A DNA stretch of 30,113 nt from a virus (taxonomy: Duplodnaviria; Caudoviricetes), in the IMG/VR virus record IMGVR_UViG_3300032103_000283, positions 1-30,113 of that record, one strand, 5' to 3'. Of this stretch, positions 17,146 through 26,345 are shown piece after piece; position 1 is the stretch's first letter; every line of letters begins with the position of its first letter. The notes below the pieces were generated by a model. That model was given only the letters and a program-made list of their open reading frames with translations. It searched no databases and was not told the DNA's origin. A program made the position numbers and the translations under genes.

Positions 17146-19608
17146 TTAATCTTTAACTTCTTTAAGCTCGTTCCAATTAGTTCCTTGTTTTCTATCACTT
17201 TCAATCTTATATCCAACAAGTATATTAAAATATGTCTTAATATACTCTTTACTTCTATCACATAAACACTCTTTTAAAAGTAAAGCAGCGTCATCAAATA
17301 CATCTTCTTTAGCCCTAAACATACAAGCATCATGTGTAAAAAGCATTGATTTTACTTTATTTTTAAGTTTTCTATTTGTCTTAATTTCTTGATTAAATAA
17401 GAAAAAGCCGATAATGCCTAAATCAGAAGAAAAAGAAGAAACAGGAAAATTTATACACTGCCTAATAGCTTTGCTTCGATATTTATACTCGTTTGAATCA
17501 ATATCAGGTAGCCTTCTCTTTCTTCCTAATGGACTTCTTACATATTTATGTTTAATTAAAAAGTGTTCTTGATACGCATAAAAAGCAGGGAGTTTATAGT
17601 ATCCGTTAGGGTTTGCAAAAAAAGCTGTTCTTGTTGCTTCTGCTTCTTTTAGTGTCATATCAACATCATAATCTGATTTTACATATTGTTTTAACCCTTT
17701 TGCAGATAAACCATACATAAGACCAAAATTAATACCCTTTGCTTTTTGCCTCATGTCTTTTGTAACCTTATCAAGAGGAATATTATGATTAATAATAGAT
17801 GCTGTTTGTCTATGTAAATCTATCCCATTATTTACAGCATTTAATATATTCCTATCCCCTGCTAACCAACCCATTATACGCAATTCAGATTGTGATAAAT
17901 CACGAACCCCTAAAACCCAACCATCTTCAACAATAAAACACTTACGTATTAAATAAGCGTAAGGGTGTCTTACAGGAAGCTGATGTAAAGGAGGGTTATA
18001 AGTTGCTGTTCTTCCTGAGACAGTCTTATATAATAATGTTGAAGTATGGGCTAATCCATCTTCATGAATTTCTTTGTGTAATGTATTTAAGTATCCTGTT
18101 TTTATTTTTAGAAGTTTTTTCCAATCTAAAAATTTAGTTATAAATTTATGAGACTTAAGAGCCCTTAAATGTTCTTCATTTATTTGCGGTTCTTTTGTTT
18201 TAGCTGTGATATAAAATGGGTCTGGTTTTCTTTTTAACCCTTTTTCAGCATAAAACAAAATATCCTTAACAAATGCAGGGCGAGTAAGACTTAAATTGTC
18301 AGTATATTTTTCTTTAATAGACTCATGGACATAAGAAAGACATTCATCATGGAGTGATGTAAGCAATGTATCAGCTTCATTATTAGCTTCAGTAAGCATA
18401 TTTTTATCAATTAAGCATCCATTCATATAAGTATCAAAAAATAGCTCTTGTGCAGGTAAAATAAAATTTGTATAGTAATTAGTAATTTTTGTATCTTTTA
18501 TAAGTTCTTTTGAGAGAGTTCTAAAACATCGCATAGTAGCATCAGCATCAACACCAGAATATCTAATTAGAGTTTCTTCGTTTGCATCTTGTAAGTTTGT
18601 TCTATAACCTTCAGCAAGTTCTTTTATATTTTTTAAAGGTGTATATGTATTTGCAATTTCTTCAAGGCTATATGAATAATAATTTTCATCTATAAGATGC
18701 GCCATTAAAGCAACATCGTGTAATTTCCCTTTTAACTCAAATTTCAAACTTGCTTTAGTTACAGCTTCTTCAAACGGGCGAGACATTACAACTTTAGCTA
18801 TTTTAGGATTTTTAAGAAGTTCAATAACACTACTATCAAACGGAGGCAAGAAAATTTGCGCTTCTCCTTCTTTATGAGACACAGAGAGCGATAAGATTTT
18901 AAAGGTTGATTTGTTAAAAGGACTTAAACCAGTCGTTTCATAATCTATCGCAACAACTTTACAGTCAGGTGGGACTATAACTTTACTTGCTTTTTTATAG
19001 TCTTCTGAGTTTATCACAAGCTCACTAAAATCATTTTCAAAGAGCTGACTTATGATTTTAAAATCATTAAACAAGAGTTTTTCAGTCATAGACATTAAAT
19101 TATAAGGTTGATATGGATATTCTGCTGAGACACCTTGACGTAGAATATAAGACGGATGAACCGTAATTACAACTGGACAATTAAATTCGTCTGAAAAGAT
19201 AACTTTTCCTCTGTGTTGCATTATCTTCTGTTTTCCAAGAAGTTGTTTTAGTGCATATGCTCCTAAAGAAACAATTACTTTTGGTTTTATTGAATGAATT
19301 GCCTTTTCTAAAAAACTCCTGCAATGTTTCATTGCAGTATTTATATTTTTAGTCGAATCTATGTTTTTTTCAATCATACAACGACAGCTATTTGCAAGAA
19401 AAACTGTGCTGCGGGGTATCTTAATAGTTTCGAGAAGTTTATTAAGTAATTTTCCACTTCTTCCAACAAAAGGCATTCGTGGAGATGCTCCTATTTCATC
19501 AACCCCTGGACTTTCCCCTACTATAAGACATTCAGCTTCTAATGAACCAGCATATGGAACTTCTTCTTTTTCAAAATATGGACATGCTTTACAATATTCT
19601 TTTTTCAT
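17146..19608 (-). CDS. polA: Family A DNA polymerase with N-terminal family-4 uracil-DNA glycosylase domain and 3'-5' exonuclease
   Basis: UDG: CxxC, GESPG..E, PFVG.SG, N..RC, HPSY. Exonuclease: DYETTGL, Y...DA. Polymerase: DLSQSELR, D.H, RQKAK.INFGLMYG, HD. Start ATG 19608 (track 19623). Confidence 0.95.
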   Translation of the reverse strand: MKKEYCKACPYFEKEEVPYAGSLEAECLIVGESPGVDEIGASPRMPFVGRSGKLLNKLLETIKIPRSTVFLANSCRCMIEKNIDSTKNINTAMKHCRSFLEKAIHSIKPKVIVSLGAYALKQLLGKQKIMQHRGKVIFSDEFNCPVVITVHPSYILRQGVSAEYPYQPYNLMSMTEKLLFNDFKIISQLFENDFSELVINSEDYKKASKVIVPPDCKVVAIDYETTGLSPFNKSTFKILSLSVSHKEGEAQIFLPPFDSSVIELLKNPKIAKVVMSRPFEEAVTKASLKFELKGKLHDVALMAHLIDENYYSYSLEEIANTYTPLKNIKELAEGYRTNLQDANEETLIRYSGVDADATMRCFRTLSKELIKDTKITNYYTNFILPAQELFFDTYMNGCLIDKNMLTEANNEADTLLTSLHDECLSYVHESIKEKYTDNLSLTRPAFVKDILFYAEKGLKRKPDPFYITAKTKEPQINEEHLRALKSHKFITKFLDWKKLLKIKTGYLNTLHKEIHEDGLAHTSTLLYKTVSGRTATYNPPLHQLPVRHPYAYLIRKCFIVEDGWVLGVRDLSQSELRIMGWLAGDRNILNAVNNGIDLHRQTASIINHNIPLDKVTKDMRQKAKGINFGLMYGLSAKGLKQYVKSDYDVDMTLKEAEATRTAFFANPNGYYKLPAFYAYQEHFLIKHKYVRSPLGRKRRLPDIDSNEYKYRSKAIRQCINFPVSSFSSDLGIIGFFLFNQEIKTNRKLKNKVKSMLFTHDACMFRAKEDVFDDAALLLKECLCDRSKEYIKTYFNILVGYKIESDRKQGTNWNELKEVKD

Positions 19609-19613
19609 ATATA

Positions 19614-19643
19614 ATTCTAACATATTTAAATATAGTTTGTCAA
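19614..19643 (-). promoter_or_regulatory. sigma70-type promoter for polA, probably leaderless
   Basis: TTGACA-N18-TAGAAT with TGn extension, 5 nt before ATG 19608, no RBS. Confidence 0.7.
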
Positions 19644-20014
19644 GTTATATTTTCCCAAGAGCTTAAAGTTATTTCTTCAACTTTAGATGTCCATCTTAGT
19701 GCTTTTGAATTTCTATGCAGCTTTTGTTTTCCCCAACTATGAATTTCAATTTTTCCCCCGCATTTTAACCATGTAGGGGCGTATTCATTATCAAGGATTT
19801 TTTTCCTATGTTCAGCATGACCAGACCTTGCACAACATTGCACCCCAATAACCCCTCGTGATGGGTCTAAGGCTATAACATCAATAAAATGAAAAAGGTC
19901 TTTTCTTCTCCCTACAAATGAATTCCAATGCTCTGCAATATCACAGAGTATCCCTTGTTCTTTTAAATATTTTAATGTTCGGGCTGTTGGAGATATACTA
20001 CTTTTTGTCGGCAT
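19640..20014 (-). CDS. PD-(D/E)xK-fold nuclease, Holliday-junction-resolvase-like
   Basis: SPT.RTL..L..QG, DLF.FID.IAL, GVQ, W...GG.IEIH.W pattern. RBS GAGG. Confidence 0.65.
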   Translation of the reverse strand: MPTKSSISPTARTLKYLKEQGILCDIAEHWNSFVGRRKDLFHFIDVIALDPSRGVIGVQCCARSGHAEHRKKILDNEYAPTWLKCGGKIEIHSWGKQKLHRNSKALRWTSKVEEITLSSWENIT

Positions 20015-20864
20015 TCTTTTTAACCTCTAAACATATTTTTCTGACTTGACAATCTCGTGCAGGTATCGATAAGTCAGAAGAACACAACTCTCTTTTTGGT
20101 ATTTGTTTTGTAGATAGATATTTTCTTACTTTTTGTAATTTAGTAGCAATTTCAATCATAAACTTTTTTGATAAGGGCATTTCAAATACTTTATCGAGTG
20201 GGTCAACTACAGCTTCTTTAGGTATATAAATAACAGTTCCAGATTTATTATTAAATTTAAGATTAAGCTGTTTTTCTATATCTTTGATAGACCTATTTAA
20301 TAATAGAGTATCAGGATGATTAATAAGGTAAAGATATGTTGAAAGTTGATACTGATGTTGTAATTGTGGCTCAGTTAGCTTTTTAAATTCATCAGCTTTA
20401 ATACTTTTTATCTCGCAAGATTCAATAGACCCTGCAGCACAAACTACTTGTGCGTCTATATTCCCTTTAATACAAACATCATCCCCAAGTGAAAGTTCAA
20501 GAGGGGTGTCAATATATCGAGGATGTGATGCAGAGCTACATTTAGGACATATTATAGTATGAAATCCATAAATTGTTGTTCCGCAGCAGGTATATCTCCA
20601 TGTTCCAATAAGGCTCCCAGTCTTATGTAACCTACTTACAGTAATGTCTTGTATTTTTCGTCCGATTTCAAAAGTTAAAGCAAGCCCAGTTCCTATATAT
20701 TCCGTAACATGAAACGGGACTTTATTTTCTCTGCATAATGCAAACTTACGAGGACACAAAGAAAAAATATCAGACGCATGAATAGCTGTATTAAATTCAG
20801 GACGACCTGTTTTTTCACCTCTATATGCTGTTTTTAGCAATGTCTTAACATAGTTTTTACCCAA
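19998..20864 (-). CDS. Cas4-like PD-(D/E)xK exonuclease
   Basis: HAS....CPRK, GNID, EIKS, QL..Y, three C-terminal Cys (Fe-S staple pattern), plus an internal CC..CPKC Zn ribbon. Confidence 0.78.
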   Translation of the reverse strand: MGKNYVKTLLKTAYRGEKTGRPEFNTAIHASDIFSLCPRKFALCRENKVPFHVTEYIGTGLALTFEIGRKIQDITVSRLHKTGSLIGTWRYTCCGTTIYGFHTIICPKCSSASHPRYIDTPLELSLGDDVCIKGNIDAQVVCAAGSIESCEIKSIKADEFKKLTEPQLQHQYQLSTYLYLINHPDTLLLNRSIKDIEKQLNLKFNNKSGTVIYIPKEAVVDPLDKVFEMPLSKKFMIEIATKLQKVRKYLSTKQIPKRELCSSDLSIPARDCQVRKICLEVKKNADKK

Positions 20865-21380
20865 TTACCAAGCCCCCCTTTTCATAAAAGCAATAAATTC
20901 GCTATCTATTAAATAAAATTTAAACGGATAAAAGTAAGTAAATTGCTGAACTTTTTTTCTTGCCCCTAACTCCCATAATCCTTTTATCTCAAAGAAAATT
21001 AATGAATCATGGATAAGAAAATCAGGAACATAGCTTTTATTTTCCGACAGAGTAAATAAATATGGCTCATATTCTATTTTAGGTAAATGTTTATCATGTT
21101 CTTGATATATTTTATACAATGCACTAATAAATTCTAATTCAAGGGCACTTCTAAAATCATAAATAGATTTGTTCGGTTTTCCAAAAGGTATTCCAAGAAG
21201 TTTTATTTCTTGTTCTGTATAAGTTGTCGAATTTGAATCATTTATTAAATTATATAAACAATCAGTTGAACACACACAAGGAGCTAAATCAATATAAATT
21301 CCCTTTACATAGCTATTTTTATATACATTAGAACATACACTACAACGACTCGAATTCAGTTTCGGTTTCAATTTCTGCAT
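20865..21380 (-). CDS. PD-(D/E)xK endonuclease with N-terminal Cys-rich motif
   Basis: FRS..E, YEP..F, YVPDF, EIKG.W. CxxC...CS..C N-terminus. Start ATG 21380 after GGGAG (track 21413). Confidence 0.75.
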   Translation of the reverse strand: MQKLKPKLNSSRCSVCSNVYKNSYVKGIYIDLAPCVCSTDCLYNLINDSNSTTYTEQEIKLLGIPFGKPNKSIYDFRSALELEFISALYKIYQEHDKHLPKIEYEPYLFTLSENKSYVPDFLIHDSLIFFEIKGLWELGARKKVQQFTYFYPFKFYLIDSEFIAFMKRGAW

Positions 21381-22440
21381 CGTCAAATATTCTCCCAACT
21401 TTATTATCATCAAGAATTGCCTGTCTTACAGCATTACATAAAATATTATCATTTTCAATCGCCGTTGTTGCAGCTACTAAGTTAACATAAACTGAGCCAA
21501 GACACTCCCATTTAGTTCCTTTCTTTGTAAGAATATTATGTTTCCGTGCTTTTTCAATAACATCTTTTACATCAATAATATCTCCAATTTTATGGGATTT
21601 CGTCTCTTTTATATAAGTTTTATATTCTCCTGTCAATTTTGGAAGTCCAACTCTATTTTTTTCCAATACAAATGCGTGTGTGCATTTTGTAGTCATATCT
21701 CCTGATTTCTCATAGCCTTTATTATAGAACTTAATATCCATAGATACTACATGACTAACCATATAACCACATGGGGGTGTTGTTGTTGGTTGAAATGAAC
21801 GGGTTCCAATACTTGCTCTTGCTTGATTAATTAAAATCGTTGTTAACGGATTTTGCTCTGCTTTCTTTTGAGCTATTATTGGAATTATCTTTCTAAGCAG
21901 CTTGTTAACAAGTTTTGTTTGTTGTCCTACAAAATCATCTGTAGCAGAAGCTGTAGCTTCTGCTACAGGAATTATCATTGCAATGCTATCTATAACAAGT
22001 AAACCGATGTCTTCTGCTTTAATAAGTTCAACAATCATATCTACACCCTGCTCACCATAGTCAGGGTCAATTAAATAAAATTCATCAACATCTACAAGAA
22101 AATTCTTTGCCCAGTCATAATCAAAAGCATGTTCAAAATCTATCCATAAAACTTTTTTCCGCTTTGCTTTATTTTCTTCAATTTCTTTTTGCTTTTGTTG
22201 ATATCTTCCAGCAATCCTTAGAGCATGAGTTGTTTTACCACTTGAGCGGACTCCTTGAAATTGTGTAATCCGCCCCATTGGAATTCCACCTAATGTATAA
22301 TAATCAAATAGAAATATACCTGACTCAATACGTGGGACTACAAGTTTTGTCAGGTGATTTCCAGTAAAAATTAGATTTGGTTTTTTTCCATCTAACTTTA
22401 ACGCTAACTCTTCAATAAGTATTGTTTGTTTAGCCGCCAC
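21340..22440 (-). CDS. recA: RecA/UvsX-like recombinase
   Basis: GGIP.GRI, G..SSGKTT, D.EHA.D, VIDSIA, INQ.R, KNRVG.P. Confidence 0.93.
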   Translation of the reverse strand: MAAKQTILIEELALKLDGKKPNLIFTGNHLTKLVVPRIESGIFLFDYYTLGGIPMGRITQFQGVRSSGKTTHALRIAGRYQQKQKEIEENKAKRKKVLWIDFEHAFDYDWAKNFLVDVDEFYLIDPDYGEQGVDMIVELIKAEDIGLLVIDSIAMIIPVAEATASATDDFVGQQTKLVNKLLRKIIPIIAQKKAEQNPLTTILINQARASIGTRSFQPTTTPPCGYMVSHVVSMDIKFYNKGYEKSGDMTTKCTHAFVLEKNRVGLPKLTGEYKTYIKETKSHKIGDIIDVKDVIEKARKHNILTKKGTKWECLGSVYVNLVAATTAIENDNILCNAVRQAILDDNKVGRIFDDAEIETETEFESL

Positions 22441-22642
22441 TCGATACTCTCCGTAATCTTAAAACTTCAGCTTCCATTTCTTTTGTAACTTCAGCTTTTA
22501 ATGCTTTTATAGCTTTTGCTTTATTTTTTTTATCAGTTTGAATTGTCATCCCAAAATTAACACGTAAACTTTCATAATTACCAGCATTAAGTGTAGTTCC
22601 AAGTTCATATGTTACAGAAATAACATCATTTGTTATTTTCAT
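22430..22642 (-). CDS. Conserved small phage protein (T.N.GNYES.RV motif)
   Basis: RBS GGAGGT before ATG 22642. The track start at 22681 lies inside the RNA element. Confidence 0.7.
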   Translation of the reverse strand: MKITNDVISVTYELGTTLNAGNYESLRVNFGMTIQTDKKNKAKAIKALKAEVTKEMEAEVLRLRRVSSGG

Positions 22643-22659
22643 TTTATACCTCCAATGTA

Positions 22660-22863
22660 GATATTCCATCTTGAACCGCAAGGTAAGGTTAGAGAGGAAT
22701 ACATCTCCTTTCTATCAACATAGCTATAGAGCTTGCGGAATACCCTATAGTGTCTTGACCCACACAACTTCTGTTCAGCATTACCCGTTTACTCCCTTGT
22801 CAACCAAACTTGTCTTCACAAACCCTTACTATAATCCAGAGGATTTAGTGGGAGGTGATTGAC
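22660..22863 (-). ncRNA. Orphan IscB-type omegaRNA / HEARO-like RNA (non-autonomous IS200/IS605 derivative)
   Basis: 5' GTCAATCA pairs with TGGTTGAC and encloses two hairpins. Then CAGAAGTT and the hairpin CTATAGGGT-ATTCCGCAA-GCTCTATAG, whose CCGCAAG complements downstream CTTGCGG (pseudoknot). No iscB ORF follows. Confidence 0.72.
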
Positions 22864-23350
22864 TTTTTGTCTCTTTTGGAGGCAGTTTGTTAGGGTCATA
22901 TTTTGTATCCCAAACAGAAGAAAGAATTTTATACAAATCATCATATGTATATTTTGTATAATCGCCTGCATCAATTCTTGTTACTACTTCTTTTAAATAC
23001 TGTGCATTAGAATATGTGTAGTATTTTTTTACACTATTTCCAACAGTAAGATGTTTAGGTAAATAACCCCTAACTCTCCATCTGTAAACTACCGTATAGT
23101 TTCTCCCTATAAATTTTGCTACTTGCTTTAAAAGTAAAAGTAATTCTTGTCTTCCATCTATTTCTACAACAATAGGTTTTTTCACATTTGCCATCCTCTT
23201 CAATACATAAGCTATTCGTGAACTTATTTTTATTGTGCGTCTATAAGCTGCATCTGTCTCATACCTTGCTCGTTTTTTCCTTTGCAAACGGGACTTATTC
23301 ATTGTATAGTATTGATGCTGATATTGTTTTGCTGTAAGTTTAGCTGCCAT
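22829..23350 (-). CDS. MerR-like HTH DNA-binding protein with basic N-terminus
   Basis: LKQVAKFIGRNYTVVYRWRVRGYLP MerR-type HTH. RBS GGGGAGGTG. The last 11 codons are supplied by the RNA element. Confidence 0.7.
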   Translation of the reverse strand: MAAKLTAKQYQHQYYTMNKSRLQRKKRARYETDAAYRRTIKISSRIAYVLKRMANVKKPIVVEIDGRQELLLLLKQVAKFIGRNYTVVYRWRVRGYLPKHLTVGNSVKKYYTYSNAQYLKEVVTRIDAGDYTKYTYDDLYKILSSVWDTKYDPNKLPPKETKSQSPPTKSSGL

Positions 23351-24641
23351 GAATTTTATTATTCACCTCCCCTGCATGGGTTTTATAAAATTTTAATCTT
23401 GAATACATCCATTTTAACATAATTGAAGATGCGATGTCAACAACATCTATGACGACAGGAGTGCGTCCAGCAACCCGTGTAACCCGTCCAAAAGGTTGTT
23501 CTATATCAGTTCTTGGTGTAGCGAAAACAAGAGCAGAGAGACGAGGAATATCTGCTCCAAGTCCAGCAGAACCATAAGTTCCGAGTATTATTTTCTTATC
23601 TGATTCTTTTTGGTTTGCAATTAAAAGACCTATAATATTTTTAGGAACGCCTGCTTCGATTAAAAGTTGTTTAATGTTTTGAAGCATTTGTATTCTATCA
23701 GAAAGTAATAGAATATCTTCATTTTTTTTATATAGACTATATACAATATTAGCAAGTAGAACTGTTCTCGGTCTTGATTGCTCAAGTCTATTCATATACT
23801 TACCAAGAGAAAGTTCCCCTCTGTAAACACAATCAAGATGATTAGTATCAAGCCCCACATAAGGTAAAAGTATTACTTTAGGTTTTGATACTAATTGCGT
23901 TGATTTAGCTATTACATTTCCAATGCTATACTTAAATACATTTTCTGTTCCATCTTTTCTTCTGGGTGTTGCAGAAGTGCCAAGTAAGTATTTTGCATGA
24001 AACAAAGATACTGCTTTTGAAAAAACTTCTGTTGGAATTCTGTGTATTTCATCAAATAATACATTGTGAAAAGCTGAATAAATTTCTTTAGTATATTTTT
24101 TCATAGCAAGAGAATGAAGCATACCTATAACAACTGATTTTTTATTTACCTCGCATCTGTTTTGTTGGATAATTCCTATATCATCTTCAGTTAAATTTGT
24201 AAATTTTAAAATCTGAGATTTCCACTGATTCATTAAAAATGTAGTTGGAACTACTATAAGCGTTTTTCCACCTAACACAGTAAGTATATCTATCATTATT
24301 ACAGTTTTCCCACTTCCTGTTTTCGATGATAAAATACCTCCATAAGGAGAATAAGAAGATAAAGCAGAGAGAAAAGAGTCCTTTAATTCTTGCTGTTCTG
24401 GTCTCAATATTATGTTCGACTGAATTTGTTTTGCTGCATACCAGCTTTTACATTCTTCTACTTTAATACCTGAATTTGAAACGAGGGTTCTTGGAACCCA
24501 AAAACCCTCGTTGTCTTCAGTATAAAGTTTTAGCGTAAATAGCTTTTTTCCTGTTGACCTAACTGTAAGTTTGCGCTTTAATTCAGCAACAAGTTCTGTT
24601 TCAATCAATGCATACGCTTTAATTTTTTTAACTTTATACAT
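23340..24641 (-). CDS. Superfamily 2 DExH helicase (UvsW/XPB-like)
   Basis: LRPEQ, TGSGKT, DEIH, SATP.R.DG, G.DIP.L, Q..GR..R. Confidence 0.92.
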   Translation of the reverse strand: MYKVKKIKAYALIETELVAELKRKLTVRSTGKKLFTLKLYTEDNEGFWVPRTLVSNSGIKVEECKSWYAAKQIQSNIILRPEQQELKDSFLSALSSYSPYGGILSSKTGSGKTVIMIDILTVLGGKTLIVVPTTFLMNQWKSQILKFTNLTEDDIGIIQQNRCEVNKKSVVIGMLHSLAMKKYTKEIYSAFHNVLFDEIHRIPTEVFSKAVSLFHAKYLLGTSATPRRKDGTENVFKYSIGNVIAKSTQLVSKPKVILLPYVGLDTNHLDCVYRGELSLGKYMNRLEQSRPRTVLLANIVYSLYKKNEDILLLSDRIQMLQNIKQLLIEAGVPKNIIGLLIANQKESDKKIILGTYGSAGLGADIPRLSALVFATPRTDIEQPFGRVTRVAGRTPVVIDVVDIASSIMLKWMYSRLKFYKTHAGEVNNKIHGS

Positions 24642-24649
24642 ATTTCCTT

Positions 24650-25381
24650 CTACAGCAAGTCCTCAAGGGTAATCTCTGGAGTAGTTGTATTTGTTTCTGT
24701 TTCTATTGGAACAAAATCTCCAATTCCTATTGCTGAAAGCTCTTCATCTGAAGGATAAGCAAGAACTTTCATATAATCAATAGGTTTAAGTGAGTCATCT
24801 CCAAATTTCTTCTGCATGTTTACTTTTCCGATAAGCTCAAAATCACTACCACAATTAGGTTCTGTATCAGATATTCTTGACACTTTAAAAGCTAATCCAG
24901 CAAGGGACTTATTTTTTTCAAGTAATTTTTCAAGTCTTGCGATAGCATTTCCTTTTGCAGGATAAAGTATTTTTCTGTTCTTAACTTCTTGTCCATCAGA
25001 CTTTCTTGTAAATGCTCTCGTGTCTATAATGGTAAAATAAGCTGTCCATGTTGGTCTGTTATCAGGAAAATGCTGACATATCGGGCAAGGCTGTGTATCT
25101 TTCATGCAGGTATAGTGGTTACCCCATTTACCATCTATACGAAGATTATGTTCATATAAACCAAAAGGACTACTATCAACGAAACAAATAACAGCTTCGT
25201 CTCCAGCTTTAAGGAAAAAACGTTGAACCGCTCTTTCTTTTCTCGATTTAGCAAGTGAATCAAGTTGCTTTTTAACAGTAAATACATCTTTACCTTGTTT
25301 AAACCAATTACTTTGAGATGTTGTTTCTTTGTTTTCTACATTTTCTTGTGATGCTTTTGTTGTTTTTTCTTCTTTAGCCAT
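24650..25381 (-). CDS. Single-stranded DNA-binding protein (gp32-like, Zn-binding)
   Basis: RFFLK.G, H...C....CPIC, acidic C-terminal tail. Lies between primase and helicase. Confidence 0.7.
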   Translation of the reverse strand: MAKEEKTTKASQENVENKETTSQSNWFKQGKDVFTVKKQLDSLAKSRKERAVQRFFLKAGDEAVICFVDSSPFGLYEHNLRIDGKWGNHYTCMKDTQPCPICQHFPDNRPTWTAYFTIIDTRAFTRKSDGQEVKNRKILYPAKGNAIARLEKLLEKNKSLAGLAFKVSRISDTEPNCGSDFELIGKVNMQKKFGDDSLKPIDYMKVLAYPSDEELSAIGIGDFVPIETETNTTTPEITLEDLL

Positions 25382-25394
25382 ATAGCTGTATCTC

Positions 25395-26345
25395 CTAAAT
25401 TATAGGTTTGATGCTCTGTAACACAGAGTTTAATTTGTTTGCTTTAACAACTTCTGCAGGGTCTTTACACCCATAATAATTTGTTACTTTATACAATTTA
25501 GTAAGTTTTCCCAGTATCCTCCTTATGTTTTCTGTAGCTATCTTTCCAGCTACATCATTATCGAAAAACAAAACAATTTTGTTTCTCAGGTTAATAATAG
25601 TTTCAAGCTGTCTTTTTGAAAAAGACGCTCCCATTGATGCCCACACATTATTACATTTTCCAGATTGTCTTAATGCTATTGCATCACGTTCACCCTCTAC
25701 AAAAACAAGAGGGGCGTTTTCTTTAAGCGGCTCATGCATCAAATACCAAATTCCATAAGATTTAGCATCTTGTTGTTCAGGGTGCATTTTTGTATAAGAT
25801 AAATATTTAGCTTTCGTAATCTCTACACCAACATATCTGCCCCTAATTCCAACAAGACCTCCAGTTGTATTGCGAATTGGAAAAATAACCCGTTGACTGG
25901 GTATGTCATAACAAAGTTGATAAGTTTTTACTGTTTCAGCAGTAAAGCCTAACATTTCAATAAACGCTTTAGGCAGCTTTGCAAACGATTTCAAAATTTT
26001 TTCATCCATTACTGAAATGTCTCCATTACGATAATAAGTTATGTCTTTATAATCAGGGTAAGCAAAATTATTTTTTGAGAAGATAAAAGCCCGTGCTTCT
26101 GTAAAGTCTTGTCCAGTATGAAATGATAGTAGTGTTGGAAGAAACGCAAGCATTCCTTTCTTCTGACAAGTAAAACAATAATATCTACTATTTAAACCGA
26201 CACTAATTCCAAAACTTGGATGATTATCTGTTTGTTTCGGATGCAAACTTTTAAACGGACAAGAAGTTTGAATCCAATCGCCTGCATTTTTAATATTTTG
26301 TAACTGAAGTAAGTTAGCAAGAACATAAATATCTTCTGTATTCAC
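25395..26345 (-). CDS. dnaG: DNA primase (Zn finger + TOPRIM)
   Basis: CPF...H...D..PSF...CFTC, FPI, GR, KY, VEG..DA, FDND.AG, KDP.E. Confidence 0.92.
   Translation of the reverse strand: MNTEDIYVLANLLQLQNIKNAGDWIQTSCPFKSLHPKQTDNHPSFGISVGLNSRYYCFTCQKKGMLAFLPTLLSFHTGQDFTEARAFIFSKNNFAYPDYKDITYYRNGDISVMDEKILKSFAKLPKAFIEMLGFTAETVKTYQLCYDIPSQRVIFPIRNTTGGLVGIRGRYVGVEITKAKYLSYTKMHPEQQDAKSYGIWYLMHEPLKENAPLVFVEGERDAIALRQSGKCNNVWASMGASFSKRQLETIINLRNKIVLFFDNDVAGKIATENIRRILGKLTKLYKVTNYYGCKDPAEVVKANKLNSVLQSIKPII

Noticed and set aside
17146-19608. Intein or group I intron in polA (also considered for dnaB and recA)
   Set aside because: ORFs are continuous, lengths are explained by the recognised domains, and no intein splice motifs were seen.
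19998-20864. CRISPR-Cas locus suggested by the Cas4-like gene
   Set aside because: No cas1/cas2, effector genes or array. The context is phage recombination.
22671-22862. 63-aa + strand ORF
   Set aside because: It is the antisense shadow of the omegaRNA-like element, has a TTG start with no RBS, and opposes the operon.
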